DNA from: an uncultured Saprospiraceae bacterium
Lineage (GTDB): Bacteria > Bacteroidota > Bacteroidia > Chitinophagales > Saprospiraceae
Direction: 5' to 3'
Assembly: GCA_964525915.1 (NCBI GenBank)
Contig: CAZGKN010000002.1
Location: 1,194-65,193, forward strand
DNA: 64,000 bases
Below the pieces are notes generated by a model, which saw nothing but the letters and a program-made list of their open reading frames with translations, made no database searches and was not told the DNA's origin. Below, piece after piece: positions 12,488 to 20,605 of this stretch; position 1 is the first letter of the stretch, and each line of letters starts with the position of its first letter. The position numbers were made by a program, and so were the translations under genes.

Positions 12488-13620
12488 GTCCTTTGAAAGT
12501 GTTTCTTCTCGCTGGTGAACCCTCCGGTGATATCCATGGGGCAGCTTTAGCATCAGCGTTTATTCATCAGTCACCCGGCTGCGATTTGGTGGGCTGGGGT
12601 GGTGATTTGATGCGACAGGCCAGTGTGCATATAATGCGTGATCTGGATAAACTTGCATTCATGGGATTCGTAGAAGTAGTGGCCCACCTACCCACAATTC
12701 TTGCTAACTTCCGAATTGTTAAACGTCAATTAAAAAACAATCGACCGGATATCCTGGTGTTGATTGATTATCCGGGGTTCAATCTCCGTCTGGCCAGATG
12801 GGCACATGCGCAAGGCATTCCGGTTTATTATTTTATCTCACCTACAGTATGGGCCTGGAAACCGGGTCGGATGAAGATCATAGAGCAGTTTGTGACAAAA
12901 TTATATTGTATCCTGCCCTTTGAGAAGAAATTTTACCGGGATCACAATATTACTAACGTCGCTTATCTCGGTAATCCACTGATCGATAAAGTAAATCAAT
13001 ATTGTAGCTCTCATCCAAAGCCCCTGTTTTCTTCTGAAGAATATATTGCTGTGTTGCCGGGTAGCCGTCGTCAGGAGATAAACCTCATTTTTCCGGTAAT
13101 GGCCAAAGCTATGAAACTTACGCCCGGATTAAAGTATAAAATAGCCCATTCGCCCTCAGTGGAAAAGGAACTATTGGTTATGATTTTGGAAAAAGAGTTT
13201 CCGGAATGGCGAGATTTTGTTGATATACGGACAGGAAATACGTATGAAGTTTTGCGTAGTGCCCGGGCAGCTATCGTCACCAGTGGTACGGCAACTCTGG
13301 AGACGGGTTTGTTTTCTATTCCGCAGGTCGTATGCTATATCACAGGTTCGATGAATTATAGAATAGCTAAGAAACTGGTTAACCTCGATTATATTTCATT
13401 AATTAATCTGATTGCGGGGCAGGAAATAGTCAAAGAGTTAATTCAGACAGATTGCACACCGGAGCATCTCAGTGCCGAAATGCGGCAAATCATTAATAAT
13501 TCAGAGCGAAGAAAGGAAATTATCAGTGGTTATCAGCAAGTGAAAAATAAGTTGGGCGAATCAGGTGTAGCTGAACGTGTCGTCGCAGATATCCTCCGGG
13601 AATTCAGCGCTGTTCAATAA
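12484..13620 (+). CDS. lpxB: lipid-A-disaccharide synthase
   Basis: N-terminal VFLLAGEPSGD motif, GT19-size protein (378 aa). TTG start overlaps the preceding stop; an alternative GTG lies at 12499. Confidence 0.9.
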   Translation: MSPLKVFLLAGEPSGDIHGAALASAFIHQSPGCDLVGWGGDLMRQASVHIMRDLDKLAFMGFVEVVAHLPTILANFRIVKRQLKNNRPDILVLIDYPGFNLRLARWAHAQGIPVYYFISPTVWAWKPGRMKIIEQFVTKLYCILPFEKKFYRDHNITNVAYLGNPLIDKVNQYCSSHPKPLFSSEEYIAVLPGSRRQEINLIFPVMAKAMKLTPGLKYKIAHSPSVEKELLVMILEKEFPEWRDFVDIRTGNTYEVLRSARAAIVTSGTATLETGLFSIPQVVCYITGSMNYRIAKKLVNLDYISLINLIAGQEIVKELIQTDCTPEHLSAEMRQIINNSERRKEIISGYQQVKNKLGESGVAERVVADILREFSAVQ

Positions 13621-14330
13621 TTGAGTTTACGCCCATGTCGATTTAACCAGGCATCATTCTCCCGCCAGTTTTTATCGTATTGAGCAACCAGCCGCCAAAA
13701 ATTATCGGAATGATCTTTGTGAACTACGTGTGCGAGTTCATGCAATATCACGTGATTAATGATGTGATCCGGAGCCAGCAGGAGATTGGTGGACAGAGAG
13801 ATATTATTCGTATGACTACAACTTCCCCATTTTGATTTATTATGTCGCAGGGATACTTTATTGATTTTTACATTCAGCGTTGCTTGGTTGATTTGGATTA
13901 CCCTTTCTGTAATTGCCTTGAGAAATAATTTATTTACCATTAGCGGGAAAACCTTGCTCATAGCATCAGGATTGCCAAGATGCTTCTCAGGAATTTCGAT
14001 ATAAATCTGATCTTCTTTCTTACGGGCTCTGAACATATATTCATGATCTCTGGACTGGTAATGTAATGTGTAGGATTGTCCCATGATCATCACTGTCTGA
14101 CCATCACCAATGCTACTTTTCGGAGGAGAAAACAATTCAGGATCTTTTCGATACAATTTTGTCAACCACTCTGATAGTTTTTCCAATGCTGTATCGAGTC
14201 CCTGCTTATCTATATATTGCGGCACATTGAGTATGGCGTGACTCCCATTCTTATAGCTCATGCGGATATTTGACCGGGCACTCCTGATCAACTTTACAGG
14301 AACCTCCAGTGAGTCAATAACTATTTTCAA
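13614..14330 (-). CDS. YgjP-like metal-dependent hydrolase (DUF45 / M48-type HExxH)
   Basis: HELAHVVHKDH zinc-binding motif near the C-terminus. 238 aa. Confidence 0.72.
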   Translation of the reverse strand: MKIVIDSLEVPVKLIRSARSNIRMSYKNGSHAILNVPQYIDKQGLDTALEKLSEWLTKLYRKDPELFSPPKSSIGDGQTVMIMGQSYTLHYQSRDHEYMFRARKKEDQIYIEIPEKHLGNPDAMSKVFPLMVNKLFLKAITERVIQINQATLNVKINKVSLRHNKSKWGSCSHTNNISLSTNLLLAPDHIINHVILHELAHVVHKDHSDNFWRLVAQYDKNWRENDAWLNRHGRKLNY

Positions 14331-14355
14331 AATTTTTTGTTAGTGGATTAAGTTG

Positions 14356-14363
14356 TAATTTTG
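14356..14363 (+). promoter_or_regulatory. candidate -7 box TAATTTTG for the NifU-like gene
   Basis: Exact TAnnTTTG, 26 nt upstream of the ATG at 14389. Confidence 0.4.
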
Positions 14364-14388
14364 CCCCAACAAAAATAGTATTAAATAA

Positions 14389-15003
14389 ATGGAAAATCCA
14401 GTAATAAATACACCTGTATTAATTTATACCGAAGACACACCCAATCCGGAGTCATTGAAATTTGTAGTAAACAGAATGTTGTTTCAGGGCGGCACAGCTG
14501 ACTTTAAGACAGCTGGAGATGCACAGAAATGGTCTCCTCTGGCAACTGAGATTTTTGCTTTACCCTATGTACGCAATGTATATATCTGCAACAATTTCAT
14601 CACTGTCACCAAAGATAGTGATACAAACTGGGAAGATATTAAACTAAGACTCAAGGAATTTATCAAGAAATATCTGGCTGCAGGTAATCCGGTGATCGAT
14701 GAAGCGTACAGAGATGAATTAGAGCGGGCGAATCTGGAGGAATTACAGAAAGGATACAGCGGTGATGATGTCACCATAGTACAGAAAATCATGGACCTGA
14801 TAGAGAATGTGGTGAAGCCGGCAGTGGCTAATGATGGTGGAAATATTGAATTCAGAGGATATGATCAGGGAGTAGTGACTGTGTCTTTGCATGGTTCATG
14901 CTCCGGCTGCCCATCAGCTACGATTACACTGAAATCAGGAATAGAAGGAATGCTGAAGCGAATGATCCCGGAAGTGCGGGAGGTAGTAAGCCTCATGGAG
15001 TAA
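14389..15003 (+). CDS. NifU/Nfu-type Fe-S cluster scaffold protein
   Basis: Nfu N-terminal-like domain plus a NifU C-domain with CSGCPSA (CxxC). Confidence 0.8.
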   Translation: MENPVINTPVLIYTEDTPNPESLKFVVNRMLFQGGTADFKTAGDAQKWSPLATEIFALPYVRNVYICNNFITVTKDSDTNWEDIKLRLKEFIKKYLAAGNPVIDEAYRDELERANLEELQKGYSGDDVTIVQKIMDLIENVVKPAVANDGGNIEFRGYDQGVVTVSLHGSCSGCPSATITLKSGIEGMLKRMIPEVREVVSLME

Positions 15004-17526
15004 TCACTCAAAGAAATCATCCTCTCCCGGTGTTTGGCCTTTTTTGTGATGGGTGGAATCCTGACCTGAGTTGAGGACATTAGGGTTATAGTATTGAGAA
15101 CAATCCGTGATTATGCTTTCTCCGCCTGCCGGTGGTTTAAAGCGCGCATTGGGATTATATTCTGACACTTTCTGTTGCTCCAGTTGGCGGATATATTCTG
15201 AGAAAAACGGTCTGGCCATTCGGGCACCTTGTCCATTGGCTAAACTGAGAAAACGGATCCAGCGGTCATCACCACCGACCCATGTACCTACGACCAAACT
15301 AGGTGTGATACCGATAAACCAGCCATCTACGTAGTCATTTGTCGTACCTGTCTTACCACCTACATCAGATTTTATGCCCTGGAATCCACCTGCCCCTCTT
15401 ACTGCATAGCGCAGCATCTCTACCATCACATAATTATAGTCTGAAGTGATCGCCTGTTTTTTATCAGCGGTACTTTTATACAGTACTTTTCCATTTTTAT
15501 CTTCGATACGGGTGATAAAGGTAGGCTGAATGTAAGTGCCTTCATTTGCAAAAGTGGCGTAAGCCCCGGTCATCTCAAAGACCGTCAGGTCGGCTGCGCC
15601 GAGACAGATAGAGGGTTGTGCGGGTATGTGGTTACTGTCGATCCCCATATTATTTGCCAGGCTTCGTACGAAATCAGTAGAACCTAATTCCTTCATCAGA
15701 TAGACAGAGATTGAGTTTCTTGATTTTTGAAGACCTTCGAAAAGTGTCATCGGACTGTTAGAAAATTTACCTTCAGCATTTGAAGGACTCCAGGGATGGA
15801 TAAGTCCGAATTTACCCTCACCCGGATTGATGGTGTATTGCCTGTCAACCACCTTTTGACAAGGGGACATGCCCTGTTTGATGACTGCGGAAGCATAAAC
15901 AAAAGGCTTGAATGTCGAACCTACCTGTCGTAGCGTCCGTATATGGTCGTATTTGAAGTATTTGTGATTGATGCCACCTACCCATACTCTGATCTGACCA
16001 TTCGTAGGATCTATGCCCAGAATCCCCGTTTGTAAAAACATGCGGTGATAGCGGATACTATCATACGGTGACATCAGGGTATCTTTCTCATTCTCTGCAT
16101 TATAGGCGAATACCTTCATACGGGTCTTCTCAGCGAATTTTTTTCTTACTTCCTGACGAAATGCCTGCCATTTGTTCATCATTTCCTGATAATGGTTGCT
16201 TTTCATTACACTCGTATAATTGTCTTTCTGCTCATCAGTGATTCCATAATTTTTAGCAGAGCGATCCATTCCTACCTGTGCAGCATTATTCATTATATCC
16301 AGTTCGACATCTGTAAACTGTACCTTAGGAAATTCCTGACTAATTGCTTCCAGCTCTGGTTCGAATATTTCTGCCCGCATGTTTTGATAACGATCTGATG
16401 TGCGGACGAGATTCTTCAATGAATTTTCCCGGATAGCATTGTACTTCGGATTACTGTCATATTTCCAGGGATCTTTGCCTTTCCACTCTGCCCAATATCT
16501 TTTCTGAACTGTTAGCATGTGCTTTTTCATCACATCCTCAGCTATTCGCTGCATATCTCTGTTGATCGTCGTATAGATCTTCAGACCATCTCTGTATATG
16601 TCATAATTAGAGCCGTCAGATTTTTGCGCATTGACTTTTCGTAGAATTGAATTGACTTCTTTTGCCACTTCCATTCTGAAATAAGTAGCGATTCCACTGA
16701 TGTGTGATTTCGGATGGAAATTCAGTTGGATAGGTGATGCAATATATTTTTCGGCCTCGGCTTTACTTAGTTTGTCATTGGACACCATACGCCGGATGAC
16801 CGTGTTTCTACGATTTTTTGCCTGTTCTTTACGCCGTACAGGGTTGTACAGGGATGGATTCTGCAACATGCCTACCAGTAGGGCACTCTCAGGGACATCC
16901 AGATCCTTTGCCTTTTTATCAAAATAGATCTCTGCAGCTGCCTCTATGCCATAAGCGCCATTGATGAAATTGAATTTATTGAGATACATGGCAATGATCT
17001 CTTCCTTGGTATAACTGCGCTCTAATTTTACTGCAGTAATCCATTCTTTTAATTTGATATTGATCAATGCAAAAAAACGTCGCACTGAATTCATCTGTGA
17101 GAAGTCCCTGTCTGAATACAACAGTTTTGCCAATTGCTGGGTGATGGTACTACCACCGCCTGAACTTCGATTGCCGAGTACCAGTGTCTTAGTGATGACT
17201 CTGAGCACAGCTTTGTAATCGACACCACTATGGGTAAAATAGCGCTCATCCTCAGTCGATACCAGTGCATTTACTATATTCGGTGAGATTTCATTATAGG
17301 TTACCGGGACTCTGTTTTCTATGTATAGCCTTCCTAATGAAGCATTATCATCAGCGAGTATATCGCTGGCAATGTCATAATTCGGGTTTTCTAATTCTTC
17401 AAAAGTCGGCAATCCGGAAAGTGACAGGATAAAAAGATAGGCTACCACAAACACTAATCCACCAGCAAATAGCAGCCATAAATAACGGACCATTTTACGT
17501 GTGAAATCAGTATTAGTATTATTCAT
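15004..17526 (-). CDS. mrcA: bifunctional penicillin-binding protein 1A (glycosyltransferase GT51 + transpeptidase)
   Basis: GT51 motifs EDERYFTHSGVD and GGSTITQQLAK. Transpeptidase STFKP (SxxK), SNS-like and KTGTT motifs. N-terminal TM anchor. Confidence 0.92.
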   Translation of the reverse strand: MNNTNTDFTRKMVRYLWLLFAGGLVFVVAYLFILSLSGLPTFEELENPNYDIASDILADDNASLGRLYIENRVPVTYNEISPNIVNALVSTEDERYFTHSGVDYKAVLRVITKTLVLGNRSSGGGSTITQQLAKLLYSDRDFSQMNSVRRFFALINIKLKEWITAVKLERSYTKEEIIAMYLNKFNFINGAYGIEAAAEIYFDKKAKDLDVPESALLVGMLQNPSLYNPVRRKEQAKNRRNTVIRRMVSNDKLSKAEAEKYIASPIQLNFHPKSHISGIATYFRMEVAKEVNSILRKVNAQKSDGSNYDIYRDGLKIYTTINRDMQRIAEDVMKKHMLTVQKRYWAEWKGKDPWKYDSNPKYNAIRENSLKNLVRTSDRYQNMRAEIFEPELEAISQEFPKVQFTDVELDIMNNAAQVGMDRSAKNYGITDEQKDNYTSVMKSNHYQEMMNKWQAFRQEVRKKFAEKTRMKVFAYNAENEKDTLMSPYDSIRYHRMFLQTGILGIDPTNGQIRVWVGGINHKYFKYDHIRTLRQVGSTFKPFVYASAVIKQGMSPCQKVVDRQYTINPGEGKFGLIHPWSPSNAEGKFSNSPMTLFEGLQKSRNSISVYLMKELGSTDFVRSLANNMGIDSNHIPAQPSICLGAADLTVFEMTGAYATFANEGTYIQPTFITRIEDKNGKVLYKSTADKKQAITSDYNYVMVEMLRYAVRGAGGFQGIKSDVGGKTGTTNDYVDGWFIGITPSLVVGTWVGGDDRWIRFLSLANGQGARMARPFFSEYIRQLEQQKVSEYNPNARFKPPAGGESIITDCSQYYNPNVLNSGQDSTHHKKGQTPGEDDFFE

Positions 17527-17579
17527 AGCTTAAATATAAATCAATTTTGATAAATGCTTGAAACGGTGAAATTAATGGT

Positions 17580-18137
17580 TTATTTTAACCACTTAATGTT
17601 ACATCCGCCGCTGGGATACTGCTTTTCGATGATCCCGTCACCGGCAAGCATTCTGTCCAGAGCGTTTCTGAGATCTTTTCCATCATTGGGGATATTATTT
17701 CCTGGACGTGAACTATCCATTCTACCCCGATATACTAATAAATTATTTTCATCAAAGAGATAAAAATCCGGTGTGCAAGCGGCATCGTAAGCATGGGCTA
17801 CCGATTGTGATGCATCATACAGATAAGGAAATTGCATTGAATATTCTGACGCAAATATTTTCATATTTTCCGGAGAATCTTGTGGGTAATTTTCTACATC
17901 ATTGGAACTTATCGCTGCAACACCTATTCCTTTTGCCATATACACTTCAGCGATTGCCACGATCTGTGCTATCACATGAACTACATAAGGACAATGATTG
18001 CACATGAAAATAATTAGTGTACCCTTAGTGCCGCGGCAATCATTAAAACTAAAGAATCTATTACTTATGGTATCAGGCAGATCAAACTCAGGTGCTTCAA
18101 TTCCCAGGTCCAGCATTTTCGACTCCGTATATGACAT
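17580..18137 (-). CDS. thioredoxin-fold thiol-disulfide oxidoreductase (AhpC/TSA-like)
   Basis: CNHCPY redox motif within a thioredoxin-fold-length protein (185 aa). Confidence 0.78.
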   Translation of the reverse strand: MSYTESKMLDLGIEAPEFDLPDTISNRFFSFNDCRGTKGTLIIFMCNHCPYVVHVIAQIVAIAEVYMAKGIGVAAISSNDVENYPQDSPENMKIFASEYSMQFPYLYDASQSVAHAYDAACTPDFYLFDENNLLVYRGRMDSSRPGNNIPNDGKDLRNALDRMLAGDGIIEKQYPSGGCNIKWLK

Positions 18138-18485
18138 ATTGTTAATTTATCGCATATAACAACGAATCTGTATGCAGGGTTCATAATCCACCGGGATTTA
18201 CTATATGATTTTCCTTTGTGAATTCTCCCCGATAATTGTGTGTTTTAGAAATTTGGTGAAGTGAGGATTAAATGGTTTTGGTGGTCTTGATCTTCTGCAA
18301 ATTCACGATTTTGCAAATTAGCCAGATATTAAGCAGTAAATGTAACAGCTGCAAAAATCATCTCTCACATAGGCCTTGCAATCTCAGATTGCGAGAGAGA
18401 GTAAAATTTAAACACAAACGAGCATATCATTTCACGTAAAGTAAGCAAAGACTTTCGCTGAAATTGCAGAGTCTATCAGATGTTT

Positions 18486-18575
18486 CTCAGCGGTCTTAGC
18501 GCTCCTTAGCGGCTTTGCGTGACACTTTTCTAATTACAGATGTTTTTCTATTTCTCGCAAAGGGGCGCAAAGGTG
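18486..18575. repeat. CTTTGCG / CGCAAAG-word repeat cluster
   Basis: cttagcg x2 and ctttgcg, followed 35 nt later by the inverted words cgcaaagg x2. Flanked by the direct repeat cagatgttt(t)tc. The same word family recurs at 53536-53604. Confidence 0.7.
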
Positions 18576-18661
18576 AAAAAGTCCAGAAAGCGATTTTAGT
18601 ATTTTTTCTTTTTATGCGTTTTATCAGGTTTATACTTTCTTTGTAGTTTAGATGTTATATA

Positions 18662-20602
18662 GTGATGGATACATTGATGAAGCGATTTGAGTATTGGTTT
18701 TTTCTATTTGGCTTTATATTACTCTCGTGTAACACCGGGCGACAAGTAGTTTCTGATTCTAATGTTTCCAAGTCAGATAAATACCTGCAGGATGCTATCA
18801 AAGCGCAATCTTCCGGTCAATACGTAAAGGCGAAACAATTCTACCAGAAAGTGATATCTCTTGATAGCAGGAACCTGGAAGCTATGACGCGATTGGCTGG
18901 AATATATAGTTCAGATCACCAGACTGATTCATTGATTTTTCTACTGAAACAGGTTGTGTCTATGAATTCCAATCCTTCAGCGCAGGTGCTTTTTACTTTG
19001 GCGAATGCTTATTATGATAAAGCTGAATATGCACAAGCACTACCATTAGCCGAAAAATACATGGAAAAAGATGCTAAAAATGCTAATTCTGAAGAGAAAG
19101 CAAATGTAATTATTCGCAATTGTCGGTTTGCTATACAGGCTATGGCTCACCCTGTTCCTTATCAACCGATTAAATTGCCAGAGACGATTAATACGGATGA
19201 TCCGGAGTATTTGCCTTCATTGAGTGCTGATGGGCGTTTGTTGATTTATTCCCGTATCGTGGATAGTCAGGAAGATTTATATTATTCTTTGCGGACAGCA
19301 GACGGATGGTCTGTAGGGAGACCAATTCCCGGAATAAATACAGTCAGGTATAATGAAGCAGCTGAATGTATCTCAGCTGATGGTAAGACATTGATCTTCA
19401 CAGGATGTAATATGCCGGGTGGTATGGGAAATTGTGATTTGTATATCTCTTATCTGGTGGGGGATGAATGGACGAAGCCTGTAAACATGGGGCCTGCGAT
19501 AAATACTTCAGGGTGGGAAAGTCAGCCTTCGCTTTCTGCTGATGGCATGACATTGTATTTTGCTTCTGAACGACCCAACGGCTATGGCAGGAAAGATATC
19601 TGGACTTCGACCAGTACCGGCAAGAATCGCTGGAGTAAAGCTGAACCATTATCTGCTCCGGTGAATACTTCATCCAATGAAGCATCACCGTTTATCCATG
19701 CAGATAATACAACCTTGTACTTCATGTCTGATGGCTTGCCCGGGATGGGTGGTTATGACTTGTATTTTAGTAAAAAACAGCAGGATGGTTCCTGGTCAAC
19801 TCCTGTTAATCTAGGTTACCCGATCAATACACGTGGTGATGAGGGTGCTCTTTTTGTGAACCTGGCAGGAGATACTGCCTATTTTACTTCGACTGGTCTG
19901 GAGAAAAAAATAACGGATGCACATGTAGTGGACACTGATATTTATTTATTTGAAATGCCCGAGGCAATAAGGCCACTTCCTGCTACTTATTGTAAGATTA
20001 ATGTAATCGCAGAAGTAGATTCTACTCCGGTATTGGCTAAAATCAATATCACCGGATTGCACAATGCGATTAATTACAATCTGAATACTGATGATGCAGG
20101 TGCGATACTATTACCACTACCAGCAAATCAGGATTATGGGATACAAATATATGCGCCCGGTTACATTTTTAATTCTGATGTATTTACTATGCCGCAGGAC
20201 TATTCCAGACTTAAGCCATTTATCAGGACATTTCAATTGAAAAAAATAGATAAACACCTGGGTGAGAAGTTCATCATGCAGAATATCTATTTTGAGTCCG
20301 GATCAGCTATATTGAATCCGGTTTCTTTAGCTGAAATAAAAATTCTGGCCACAGCATTGAAGAATGATTCAAGACTGAAAGTAACCATTTATGGCTATAC
20401 TGATGACGTAGGATCTGAGAGTGATAATCTGATATTATCAAAGCAACGAGCTGAATCAGTCACTAATGCTCTTTTAGATATGGATATAGACCCTTCCCGG
20501 CTTCAAGCTATAGGTAGAGGCGAGAGTGACAGTATAGCGCCTAATGATACAGAAGAAGGTAGGAAAATGAACAGAAGAACGGCGTTTGAATTTACGAATT
20601 AA
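18662..20602 (+). CDS. OmpA-family protein with N-terminal TPR and TolB-like (PD40) beta-propeller repeats
   Basis: Lipoprotein-like signal (LLSCN), TPR region, repeated SADG..L.F.S PD40-type units. C-terminal OmpA domain ending ..GRKMNRRTAFEF. ATG at 18665 is an alternative start. Confidence 0.8.
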   Translation: MMDTLMKRFEYWFFLFGFILLSCNTGRQVVSDSNVSKSDKYLQDAIKAQSSGQYVKAKQFYQKVISLDSRNLEAMTRLAGIYSSDHQTDSLIFLLKQVVSMNSNPSAQVLFTLANAYYDKAEYAQALPLAEKYMEKDAKNANSEEKANVIIRNCRFAIQAMAHPVPYQPIKLPETINTDDPEYLPSLSADGRLLIYSRIVDSQEDLYYSLRTADGWSVGRPIPGINTVRYNEAAECISADGKTLIFTGCNMPGGMGNCDLYISYLVGDEWTKPVNMGPAINTSGWESQPSLSADGMTLYFASERPNGYGRKDIWTSTSTGKNRWSKAEPLSAPVNTSSNEASPFIHADNTTLYFMSDGLPGMGGYDLYFSKKQQDGSWSTPVNLGYPINTRGDEGALFVNLAGDTAYFTSTGLEKKITDAHVVDTDIYLFEMPEAIRPLPATYCKINVIAEVDSTPVLAKINITGLHNAINYNLNTDDAGAILLPLPANQDYGIQIYAPGYIFNSDVFTMPQDYSRLKPFIRTFQLKKIDKHLGEKFIMQNIYFESGSAILNPVSLAEIKILATALKNDSRLKVTIYGYTDDVGSESDNLILSKQRAESVTNALLDMDIDPSRLQAIGRGESDSIAPNDTEEGRKMNRRTAFEFTN

Positions 20603-20605
20603 GCA

